Below are positions 17,407-26,216 of a stretch of 29,668 bases of DNA, one piece after another. Location: IMG/VR virus record IMGVR_UViG_3300035527_000232, positions 1-29,668 of that record, one strand, 5' to 3'. A program made the position numbers and the translations under genes. The DNA comes from a virus (Duplodnaviria; Caudoviricetes). The notes below the pieces were generated by a model. That model searched no databases and was not told the DNA's origin. It saw nothing but the letters and a program-made list of their open reading frames with translations. Position 1 is the first letter of the stretch. Each line of letters starts with the position of its first letter.

Positions 17407-18717
17407 ATGGGTAAAAAAACAATTATTTTAAGTGAGTACGAGGAAAGTTTTCCTTCAAGCAAGAGAATGCAGTGTCCATCTAATGAAATATTATTCAAAA
17501 GCCCTTTTTGTCCTGGTTTTACAAAAAATGATACTTCGATTTTAGTTTTGAAATCTTTATATGATAGAGATTACTATTTTTATGGGGATTTTAAGTATAA
17601 AATTAAAGAAGATATGTATAAATGTTTTGGAAAAAATATTAATAATACTTGTGGTGAGCACCGTTTCAATAATCTAGAATATCATAATCTAATAGAGAAG
17701 TATGATTTTGATAAGGTTAGGTTGACTATATCAGGAAGGTCTCTTATAAGAGAAATTATTTCAAAAGATTGTAGTGAAAGTGAATGTATTAAGTCGGTAT
17801 TGTCAGCATTTACTGAAGTAAAAGCAAAGAGTGTTGCTACTAAACGAGTTTCAGATAACATTAAAGTTTATGTTTATAGAGCACTTTTTTATTTTATACT
17901 TAAAAATGGTTTTATTACTGGAGAATTTTTAACATATAATTTTCCTTATATAACTAACGCCTCTATTTTGGAAACAAATCCAGATTTAAATATAGATTTA
18001 TTGCTTTCTGGGCAATTTTATTCTAAATGGGTTGTGTGGGGTATTCAATCACTTATAAATATTGGTATAATAAAAGTCAATTTCAAGAAAGTTGATGGTG
18101 ATATTGATGATAAGAAGTTTAATGCTCGTATTTCTGCAATAGAGAATAATAAGGATCTTAATAATAAAACAAAGAATACTTATGTTAATTATCTTAAAAA
18201 ATGGTATTTTACTGAACTCTATTTATCACCTAAATGGAAGAAAGAGGTTGAGCACTATTTTGGTCATTTTTCAGTAAATGATTTGTTTTATAGTGATGAA
18301 AATTATAGAGCCGGGTTTATGGCTGGCAGAAAGGTTAAACCTGTAAGAAATTATAAAATTATTGAGTTTGCAAAAAAAAGAGATAATTATACTTGTCAAT
18401 TGACAGGAATAAAATTGAATTGGAATGGGGCTGATGGTAAAACTTATTGTGAGCTTCATCATATTCTTAGGATGTATAAGCAGGCTTACTATTTGAAAAA
18501 ATATAATTTTGATATAGACATTCCTGAGCTTACTATAACTCTTCATCCTGAGATCCATAGAAAAATAGAAAATGCACCACTAAGTGAAAAAAAAGATTTA
18601 TTAGATAAACTATTTGATGATTTTATATCAGATGAAATAAAAGAAAGGCTTGAATTGGCCCGTGAAGAGTTTTATAAACTTTATGAAATTAAATCTGATA
18701 AGGAATATTATAAATAA
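17407..18717 (+). CDS. Putative endonuclease with a C-terminal HNH-like domain (candidate restriction partner or homing nuclease)
   Basis: KKRDNYTCQLTG...TYCELHHI...LHPEIHRKI; directly follows the C5 MTase. Confidence 0.7.
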   Translation: MGKKTIILSEYEESFPSSKRMQCPSNEILFKSPFCPGFTKNDTSILVLKSLYDRDYYFYGDFKYKIKEDMYKCFGKNINNTCGEHRFNNLEYHNLIEKYDFDKVRLTISGRSLIREIISKDCSESECIKSVLSAFTEVKAKSVATKRVSDNIKVYVYRALFYFILKNGFITGEFLTYNFPYITNASILETNPDLNIDLLLSGQFYSKWVVWGIQSLINIGIIKVNFKKVDGDIDDKKFNARISAIENNKDLNNKTKNTYVNYLKKWYFTELYLSPKWKKEVEHYFGHFSVNDLFYSDENYRAGFMAGRKVKPVRNYKIIEFAKKRDNYTCQLTGIKLNWNGADGKTYCELHHILRMYKQAYYLKKYNFDIDIPELTITLHPEIHRKIENAPLSEKKDLLDKLFDDFISDEIKERLELAREEFYKLYEIKSDKEYYK

Positions 18718-18772
18718 AAAAGATAGGAAAGTTTAAAACGCAAGATTTAAGAAAGGATGAGAGGGAACTATA

Positions 18773-19267
18773 ATGTATAATGTAATAGATATAGATGTGG
18801 AATTAGAAGGCGGTATTTTAAATGGACATTTTTGTATCATTGGTAGGGGGGTAACTGTAGATGTTGGTTCAACTATAGGTAGTTACTGTGAACTTGAAGA
18901 ATACACTACAATAGGAAAGAATTGTACACTACAAGGTAGAGTAAGAACAGGACCTCATGTGGTTATAGAAGATGATGTTGTTATTAAGTATGGAACTATT
19001 CTTACTGATACAGCACTAGTAAAAAGAAATGTATTTATAGGACCAAATGTTATAACACTTGGTGGAGGTCACGATAGAAAAAGGATTAATGGTACAGTTA
19101 TAGGAAGAAATTGTTATATTGGTGCTGGAACAAAAATAGCAGGCGGAGTAGAAATTTGTGACAATGTGGTTACTGGTGCCAATTCTTTTGTAAACAAAGA
19201 TATAACTGAGCCTGGGATATATGTTGGAACTCCTGTAAGAAAAATAAAGGAGATAAATTATGAATAA
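18773..19267 (+). CDS. Hexapeptide-repeat acyltransferase (second copy)
   Basis: VFIGPNV, IGRNCYIGAG, GANSFVNKDI, GTPVR. Confidence 0.9.
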   Translation: MYNVIDIDVELEGGILNGHFCIIGRGVTVDVGSTIGSYCELEEYTTIGKNCTLQGRVRTGPHVVIEDDVVIKYGTILTDTALVKRNVFIGPNVITLGGGHDRKRINGTVIGRNCYIGAGTKIAGGVEICDNVVTGANSFVNKDITEPGIYVGTPVRKIKEINYE

Positions 19268-20042
19268 TTTGGATAGTTTTATAAATTGGCAGAAATCTAG
19301 GTTTGATATTCTTAAAGATAAACAAATTTGGGGTCCGGATGGTTTTATTAATCATCATATAGAGGATATTTTTAAAAAAGATTTAAAAAAGTTTAAGGAT
19401 TTTATATCTATTTTAATTAAAAATTATAAAGATTATGAAGATTTGGGTAATATAGTGTATAATGGTTATTGTCAGAGTTTAGATTTATTGGCTCTTATAA
19501 ATTTTATTAGAATAAATCAACCGTCTTTATATTTTGAGGTGGGATCTGGAAACTCTACCATGATCGCTAGTAAAACTATAAGTAATAAAAATTTAGATAC
19601 TAAAATAATATCTATTGATCCTGAACCAAGAAGAGACGTTGATTTGGTATGTGATAAGGTTATAAGAAATAAGCTTGAAGATTTAGAATCTTGGGAAGAT
19701 TTAGATAAAATAAAGAAGAATGACATCGTGTTTATAGATAGCTCCCATGTGTCTAAAGGTTATAGTGATGTTTCAATGGTTTTTTCAACTTTAATACCTA
19801 GACTACCCCAGGGAGTTATAGTACACATACACGATATACATTTACCATTTAATTATCCTAAACATTATTCCCATTGGAATGAACAGTATTTATTGATCCC
19901 ATATTTATTGAGTGATTATTTTGAAATATTGTTTCCAACATTTTTTATATGTCATTCAAAATTTTTTAAAGATGATTTAAGAAAATTTCCAGAGAATTTT
20001 GGAGAAAAATTAGGGTCTTCTATATGGTTAAAAGTAAAGTAA
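19260..20042 (+). CDS. Class I SAM-dependent methyltransferase (Methyltransf_24-like)
   Basis: EVGSGNST, SIDPEP, FIDSSH, VHIHDI, WNEQY. Confidence 0.85.
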   Translation: MNNLDSFINWQKSRFDILKDKQIWGPDGFINHHIEDIFKKDLKKFKDFISILIKNYKDYEDLGNIVYNGYCQSLDLLALINFIRINQPSLYFEVGSGNSTMIASKTISNKNLDTKIISIDPEPRRDVDLVCDKVIRNKLEDLESWEDLDKIKKNDIVFIDSSHVSKGYSDVSMVFSTLIPRLPQGVIVHIHDIHLPFNYPKHYSHWNEQYLLIPYLLSDYFEILFPTFFICHSKFFKDDLRKFPENFGEKLGSSIWLKVK

Positions 20043-20098
20043 ATAAGTAGGGACCAAAAAAAATACTTAGTCAACTAGGTTATATATAGGAGATAATT

Positions 20099-20269
20099 AT
20101 GGATAAAACAGTATGTAAAAATTGGGAATTGAATTATACATGTGATGGTTGTGGTATATCTATAATGAATGCTACAAAAAAATTTGACAAATGTGAAGTT
20201 TGTGGTTATAGTTATAGAGTAGTAAATAAAATAGGCACTCGAAAGGAATTAAAAAAGAATGAAAGTTAA
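20099..20269 (+). CDS. Zinc-ribbon microprotein (56 aa; not in ORF track)
   Basis: SD AGGAG; MDKTVCKNWELNYTCDGCGISIMNATKKFDKCEVCGYSYRVV... with two CxxCG motifs. Confidence 0.7.
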   Translation: MDKTVCKNWELNYTCDGCGISIMNATKKFDKCEVCGYSYRVVNKIGTRKELKKNES

Positions 20270-21359
20270 TTTTTTAGACTTAAAAGTACAATATGAAAAT
20301 ATTAAGGACGAAGTCAATAATGCAATCCAAGATGTTATAGATAATACAGCATTTGTTGCAGGTAAATTTGTGAAGGAGTTCGAAGAAAACTTTGCAAAAG
20401 CACATAATACTAAATACTGTGTTGGGGTAAATTCAGGTACATCAGCACTTCATATATCTTTAATGGCACATAATATAGGCCCCGGAGATGAGGTTATTGT
20501 ACCAACCAATACGTTTTTTGCTACAGCAGAAGCAGTTAGTTTAACCGGAGCAAGTCCTATCTTTGTGGATTGTAACAGATATGCCAATATTGATGTTGAC
20601 AAAATTGAAGATGTTATTACAGATAGAACTGTTGCTATTATACCTGTACACCTTTACGGACAGCCAGCTCAAATGGATGAAGTGGTTAAGATCGCTAACA
20701 AACACAATCTTATTGTTATCGAAGACTGTGCTCAAGCACATTTGTCAAAGTATAAAGGTACCAGTGTTGGTAATTTTGGTAATTGTGGTTGTTTTAGTTT
20801 TTATCCTGGAAAAAATTTAGGAGCCTATGGTGAAGCTGGCGCAGTAGTTACTAATGATAAGCATCTTTATGATATACTTATGGCTTTGCGTGATCATGGA
20901 TCGCCAAAAAAGTATACTCACAATTTTATTGGTCATAATTACCGCATGGAAGGTATTCAGGGAGCAGTTCTTAATGTTAAACTTAAGTATCTGGATAGTT
21001 GGACTATTGCTAGAAATCTTAATGTTATGATATATAAAGAACTACTTAATGGGATGTCGCAGGTTGAATTTATTCCAACCCTTAATGATGTGGTACATTC
21101 CTATCATTTATTTGTGATTAAATGTAGAGATAGGGATAAATTAGCTACATTTCTGTCGGACAATGGTATCTATACTGGTATACATTACCCTATTCCTTGT
21201 CATAAACAACAAGCATATAAAGGGTATAATGATATAAATCTCCCAATTGCTGAAGATCTTGCATCTAATATTATTTCATTGCCAATGTTTCCAGAGTTGG
21301 AAGCAGAAGAGATTAAATATGTTGTGGGGAAAATTAAAGAGTTTTATAAGGAGTACTAA
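20259..21359 (+). CDS. DegT/DnrJ/EryC1/StrS PLP-dependent NDP-sugar aminotransferase (WlbC/WbpE/GnnB-like)
   Basis: NSGTSAL, PVHLYG, EDCAQA, SFYPGKNLGAYGE (PLP lysine), GHNYR, SLPMFP. Confidence 0.95.
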   Translation: MKVNFLDLKVQYENIKDEVNNAIQDVIDNTAFVAGKFVKEFEENFAKAHNTKYCVGVNSGTSALHISLMAHNIGPGDEVIVPTNTFFATAEAVSLTGASPIFVDCNRYANIDVDKIEDVITDRTVAIIPVHLYGQPAQMDEVVKIANKHNLIVIEDCAQAHLSKYKGTSVGNFGNCGCFSFYPGKNLGAYGEAGAVVTNDKHLYDILMALRDHGSPKKYTHNFIGHNYRMEGIQGAVLNVKLKYLDSWTIARNLNVMIYKELLNGMSQVEFIPTLNDVVHSYHLFVIKCRDRDKLATFLSDNGIYTGIHYPIPCHKQQAYKGYNDINLPIAEDLASNIISLPMFPELEAEEIKYVVGKIKEFYKEY

Positions 21360-21854
21360 ATGATAGATTTCAGTGAAACAGAGATTATAGTAAGTGAGGT
21401 TGATGGTGTTATAACAAATGATTTAGACGCTATTGACGTTTTGAATAATACACTATTCAAAAACTATTATATGAAGGATTTTGAAGCTATTAATCTTTTG
21501 AAACCTTATTTTACATTTGTATTTCTATCTTCTGATGCTTCTATTAGTTATGGTGTTATGCGTACAAGGCAAATACCTTTTTATTTTATTAAAAATAAAA
21601 ATGAAAAGAAAGTAGATATTTTACGTAAGATTATTTCCAGATATAATACTACTCCAGATAGTTTAATTTATATTGGAAGTAGACTATCTGATACTGAATG
21701 TATGGAGCTTTCAAATTTTAGTGTAGTGCCTTATGATGCCCCCACCTTGTTGAGAAATCGTGCTGATTATGTTGTGGATGTTTTGGGCGGTCAAGGGGTA
21801 ATTTCTCAAGTCTATGATCTACTTCAGTCCAATAAATCTAAATTTAATACTTGA
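21360..21854 (+). CDS. KdsC-like HAD-fold protein with degenerate catalytic motifs
   Basis: SEVDGVIT (canonical DVDGVLT), YIGSRLSD (canonical YIGDDxxD), P.DA, GGQGV. Confidence 0.75.
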   Translation: MIDFSETEIIVSEVDGVITNDLDAIDVLNNTLFKNYYMKDFEAINLLKPYFTFVFLSSDASISYGVMRTRQIPFYFIKNKNEKKVDILRKIISRYNTTPDSLIYIGSRLSDTECMELSNFSVVPYDAPTLLRNRADYVVDVLGGQGVISQVYDLLQSNKSKFNT

Positions 21855-21878
21855 CATTTAATAGATGTGTTTTATTTT
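21851..21878 (+). promoter_or_regulatory. Putative sigma70-type promoter for dnaX-polA-dut-RNR
   Basis: TTGACA (21851-21856), 16-nt spacer, TATTTT, upstream of SD AAGGAG. The -10 match is weak. Confidence 0.4.
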
Positions 21879-21898
21879 AATAACTAAAGGAGTTTTAA

Positions 21899-22966
21899 AT
21901 GTTAATAAAGAGAACCACACGAAGCGGTGCCAACGATTTAACTTCTGTGTATAGACCGTGTACAGTTGATGAAGTTGTTGGGCATGACGCAAATAAAAAA
22001 ATTATAGGGAATGGACTTAAAGCTGGTACCCTCCCCCACTTAATGCTTTTTACCGGCCCAGCAGGTTGTGGTAAAACTACCATGGCCAGAATAGTGGCAT
22101 TAGGTTTAAATTGTGAGTCAGTAGAGTCTACCACTAATGAGCCTTGCTTAGCTTGTGATAGTTGTATTAGGATTATGTCTCAAAATAATTTAGATGTAAT
22201 CGAAATTAATGTGGGTCAGGATGGTGGAAAGGCCGCAGTTGCAAAAGTAACTGAAAACCTAATGTTTGCCCCATTTGATTTTAAATATAAAGTATTAATA
22301 TTTGATGAGGCACACGAACTATCTAAATCTGCACAAGATCTCTTACTTAAAAAAATTGAAGATGGTTTTTCACATGTTTATTTTATATTTTGTACAAACA
22401 AACCAGAAAAATTAGGCAGTGCTTTTATAAGTAGAACACATATAGGTAATTTCCATTTCGATAGATTACCTGCCGATTTAATGGAAAAAATGTTGATAAA
22501 TATATGTGAGTTTGAAGGTATTGAATATAACTACCAAGCAATTAAACTTATTATAGAATGGACTAATGGGATACCAAGGGATGCTATTGGCGTAATAAAG
22601 AAAGTTATAGATGGTGGTAGTTGGGATGAGCAAGATGTAAAAGGGCTGTTAGGTAGTCTTGTTGATGAAGAAGATGCAGATATAATGGCTATTGGAAAAG
22701 CTATATCTAAAGGTAGTTTTAAAGAGGCTATTAAAGTATTAAAAGTTCTTAAAAAAAAGAATGTGCCAGAAGAAGCTATAAGGATAGCTACTGCAGGATT
22801 TTTTACTAACAAATTAAAATGGTCTAAATCATATGAAGAAGGTGATAAAATCTCATTGATTCTCGATGAGATGACTGAACCAATTTTATATACTGGGAAA
22901 CCAGCTCATCATTCTTTGGTTAATAAAATTTATAAATCAACAAGAGTTATAAAGAAGGGGGTTTAA
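21899..22966 (+). CDS. dnaX: Clamp-loader AAA+ ATPase, DNA polymerase III gamma/tau-like
   Basis: YRP..VDEVVGH, GPAGCGKTT, zinc module LNC...PCLACDSC, DEAHEL, SRT (SRC variant), G.PRDA. Confidence 0.9.
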   Translation: MLIKRTTRSGANDLTSVYRPCTVDEVVGHDANKKIIGNGLKAGTLPHLMLFTGPAGCGKTTMARIVALGLNCESVESTTNEPCLACDSCIRIMSQNNLDVIEINVGQDGGKAAVAKVTENLMFAPFDFKYKVLIFDEAHELSKSAQDLLLKKIEDGFSHVYFIFCTNKPEKLGSAFISRTHIGNFHFDRLPADLMEKMLINICEFEGIEYNYQAIKLIIEWTNGIPRDAIGVIKKVIDGGSWDEQDVKGLLGSLVDEEDADIMAIGKAISKGSFKEAIKVLKVLKKKNVPEEAIRIATAGFFTNKLKWSKSYEEGDKISLILDEMTEPILYTGKPAHHSLVNKIYKSTRVIKKGV

Positions 22967-25900
22967 TGAGTGTTTTTACAGTAGAAGATAATACTTTACC
23001 CAGGCCTAATTATGTATATATTACAGATGTAGATGAGGCTAAAAAGCATTTATCTGATATTGTTAATTACCCTGTAGTAGAGGCAGATACTGAAACTACT
23101 GGATTAGATCCTTATACATCTAAAGTTTCATTGTTGCAGTTAGGTGTTCCTGGAAAATCTTATGTTTTTGATGTTAGGCATGATACTGAACATTCCAATA
23201 TTAATTTGGAAATTTTCAAAGGGTTCTTTGAAAATCCTAATATAATAAAGATATTTCAAAATGCAGTATTCGATATGAAGATGCTCAAATGCCATGGCGG
23301 TTATTATCCTGATAATATATATGATACTATGTTAGTTGAGCAGCTTTTAAATTTAGGGAAAACCAAGCGTGGGGCAAGTTTATCAGATCTTGTTAAGAAG
23401 TATCTTGGTTTAATTATGAATAAAGAGCCCAGAGGAACATTTCAGGATTATAATCAGGTATTTAAGCCACATCAATTAGAGTATGCAGCTAGTGATGTAG
23501 AAGTTCTATCACTAATACGTGATTTGCAGTTGCCTGCAATTGTGGAAAATAAGTTTGAAAATGTATGTAGATTAGAGTTTGAATTTACTCGTCCTATGTG
23601 TGAAATGGAACTTAATGGTATTACGTTAGATGTTGATAAGTGGCGCATCATGATGAAAGATATAAAGCATGATGCTATTGAAGCAGCTAATAAAGTGCAA
23701 TCAATGTTAGCAGGATCTTATGGGCAAAATGTGATGTTTGGAATGCCTGTTATTAATTTAGAAAGTAATCAGCAGTTACTGAACGCTTTAAAAAAATACG
23801 GATTAACTATTGAAAGTACAGATGCTAAAGTTTTAAAAAAATATCAAGATGTGCCTGTTATTAAAGCTCTTTTAGAATATAGAAAACTTGCTAAACTCGT
23901 TTCAACTTATGGAGAATCTTTACTTGAAAGGATAAATCCAGTTACTGGTAGATTACATACCAGGTTTCAGCAGATGGTTAGTACTGGTAGAATGAGTAGT
24001 TCTGCACCTAATTTACAGAATATTCCTAAAAAACAGAAGTATAGAAGTTGTTTTATTTCCAAACCTGGTTATAAATTAATTACTGCTGACATGAGTTCTG
24101 CTGAATTGCGGTGTTTAGGGAACTTTTCTGATGACCCAGTTTTTTTGCAATGTTTTAATAATAATATCGATCTACACTCAAGATCTGCATCTGAAGTATT
24201 TCAGGTCCCAATAGAGGAAGTAGACCATACAATGAGGACCGCATGTAAAGCTATATCGTTTGGTTTGTGTTTAGATGAGGGTACTGAAATTTTAACAAGT
24301 GATGGCATTGTTTCTATAGATAATACTTCAAATGGAGCATTGATTTCTCATGATGTTGGTAATGATAGCATTATAGATAATGCTTACATGGGAAAAAAAC
24401 AAGTTTATGAGCTAGAATCTAAGTTTGGTTACACTTTAAGATGCACGAAGGATCATCTAATAAAGGTTATAGATGCTAAGGGTAACTATACAGATAAGAA
24501 ACTAGAAGATATAAATCTTGATAAAGATCAAGTGTGTATTAAACTAGGTTCAAATATATTTAACAATAATTATTATAAATTTGATCCATTTAACTACCCA
24601 CTTAACACTAACGCTAAAGATTTTGTTATACCTAAAATTCTATGCAATGAGTGGGCATCTTTTTTTGGATTATTTATATCTGAAGGTCATTTACATAAAA
24701 ATAAATTAGGGAATTATAACAGTGTTCAATTTGGAATGTCTGTTAATGATGTAGAGTTTATAGCTTATATTGATAATTTATTTAACAATTTATTTGATAA
24801 CTACAGTAGAAGTGTTAATAACGGTATTGTTAGTTATTCAGCCAATTCCGCTAAATTTGCTAATTGGTTGTCAACAGTTATTCCTTTTGATAGTACAAAT
24901 AAAACTGCAACTGTTGATATTCCAAATTGTATTAAACAATCACCTAAAGGCATACAAATCTCTTTTATTAGGACATTATTTGAAGGGGACGGTACTGTTA
25001 GTTCAAAAGGAAAGTCTTTTGATATTTCTTATTCTAGTAAATCTTACTTTTTATTGAAATCACTTCAGCTAATGTTATTAAATTTTGGAATCTTATCAAA
25101 AATTAGAGAAACAAATGATAAAAGATATCCAATAAATAAATATTATAAATTAGATGTTGTTGATACTAAATGTAAAATAAGGTTTGCTAATGTTATTGGG
25201 TTTATTACTGATAGAAAGAATTCTAAATGTATTTGTACTACAGGGTTTAAAAGATCGGTATTCCGTTTAAATTATCCAGCAGCAAAACTCAAATTGTTGA
25301 AAGATAAAGTGTCTAAAGATAGGTGTGTAAATAAAAGCAATATAAATAACAGTAACCGGTATTTATACAATCAATTAAACTACTATGGTAGAGAGTATAT
25401 AAATAATGCATACTTTGAGGTTCTATCAAATTATGATTCTAATATAAAATTCATTTATGATAACAATATAATAACTTTGCCAATTAATAGTATTAAAAAG
25501 ATAGGGTACAGCAAAGTATATGATATATCGGTTAAAAATCATCAATATTTTTTGGCCAATGGTTTTGTGGTTCATAATTGTTATGGTATGTCTAAATACG
25601 GCTTAGCTGATCGTTTAAATATTTCTGAAAAAGAATCTGAAAGGTTGATTAACAATTATTTTAATGTTTTTAGTGCTATTAAGTCACATCTTGATAAATC
25701 AGCTAGAGATGGTGTTAAGTTAGGCTATTCTATTTCAGTATCTGGCAGAAGACGTTTCTATAACATTCCACCGTTTGGACACCCTGACAGGAAGAAGATT
25801 CAGAGAGCTGTAGAACGGCAAGCAAAAAACATGCCCGTACAAAGTTCGAATGCAGATACTATTAAAGAATCAATGATTTATTTAGTAGATAGATTAGAAG

Positions 25901-26205
25901 AAAGTGGTTATGATGCAAAACTTATACTAACAGTTCATGATGAGGTTGTGGTTGAAGTTAGAGAAGATCAAATTGAACAAGTAGCACCTATTGTTCAAGG
26001 TTGTTTAAAGGATGGTTTTGGTAGGTATTTTCATAAGATTTCAATGGAGTCAGATGCTCTTGTAGGTCCGTGCTGGTTGAAGGATTCTTGTGAAGAAAAA
26101 GATGAAAATGGTGACACATGTGATTGTTGTACAATGACCTTTGTGCCAGATGATAAGTTAGGAACTAAATTAGCGTGCTCTAAATGCGGAGCGCTTCAAG
26201 AATAA
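22966..26205 (+). CDS. polA: Family A DNA polymerase (3'-5' exonuclease + polymerase; no 5'-3' exonuclease) with one intein
   Basis: Exo motifs DTETTGLD, NAVFD, YAASD; TGRMSS..PNLQNIP; motif A DMSSAELR; spliced motif B KAISFGL/CYG; motif C TVHDE. Confidence 0.95.
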   Translation: MSVFTVEDNTLPRPNYVYITDVDEAKKHLSDIVNYPVVEADTETTGLDPYTSKVSLLQLGVPGKSYVFDVRHDTEHSNINLEIFKGFFENPNIIKIFQNAVFDMKMLKCHGGYYPDNIYDTMLVEQLLNLGKTKRGASLSDLVKKYLGLIMNKEPRGTFQDYNQVFKPHQLEYAASDVEVLSLIRDLQLPAIVENKFENVCRLEFEFTRPMCEMELNGITLDVDKWRIMMKDIKHDAIEAANKVQSMLAGSYGQNVMFGMPVINLESNQQLLNALKKYGLTIESTDAKVLKKYQDVPVIKALLEYRKLAKLVSTYGESLLERINPVTGRLHTRFQQMVSTGRMSSSAPNLQNIPKKQKYRSCFISKPGYKLITADMSSAELRCLGNFSDDPVFLQCFNNNIDLHSRSASEVFQVPIEEVDHTMRTACKAISFGLCLDEGTEILTSDGIVSIDNTSNGALISHDVGNDSIIDNAYMGKKQVYELESKFGYTLRCTKDHLIKVIDAKGNYTDKKLEDINLDKDQVCIKLGSNIFNNNYYKFDPFNYPLNTNAKDFVIPKILCNEWASFFGLFISEGHLHKNKLGNYNSVQFGMSVNDVEFIAYIDNLFNNLFDNYSRSVNNGIVSYSANSAKFANWLSTVIPFDSTNKTATVDIPNCIKQSPKGIQISFIRTLFEGDGTVSSKGKSFDISYSSKSYFLLKSLQLMLLNFGILSKIRETNDKRYPINKYYKLDVVDTKCKIRFANVIGFITDRKNSKCICTTGFKRSVFRLNYPAAKLKLLKDKVSKDRCVNKSNINNSNRYLYNQLNYYGREYINNAYFEVLSNYDSNIKFIYDNNIITLPINSIKKIGYSKVYDISVKNHQYFLANGFVVHNCYGMSKYGLADRLNISEKESERLINNYFNVFSAIKSHLDKSARDGVKLGYSISVSGRRRFYNIPPFGHPDRKKIQRAVERQAKNMPVQSSNADTIKESMIYLVDRLEESGYDAKLILTVHDEVVVEVREDQIEQVAPIVQGCLKDGFGRYFHKISMESDALVGPCWLKDSCEEKDENGDTCDCCTMTFVPDDKLGTKLACSKCGALQE
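24268..25578 (+). mobile_element. Intein with LAGLIDADG homing endonuclease (437 aa) in PolA motif B
   Basis: Starts CLDEGT, block B CTKDH, motifs FGLFISEG and IRTLFEGDG, ends NGFVVHN before Cys. Confidence 0.95.
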
Positions 26206-26216
26206 GGAATAATATT

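Noticed and set aside
20043-20098. Possible terminator in the intergenic gap
   Set aside because: Only weak AT-rich inverted repeats; no convincing stem plus U-tract.
20563-25057. Alternative-frame plus-strand ORFs 20563-20820 and 24770-25057
   Set aside because: Nested in the aminotransferase and the PolA intein, with no motifs; likely chance.
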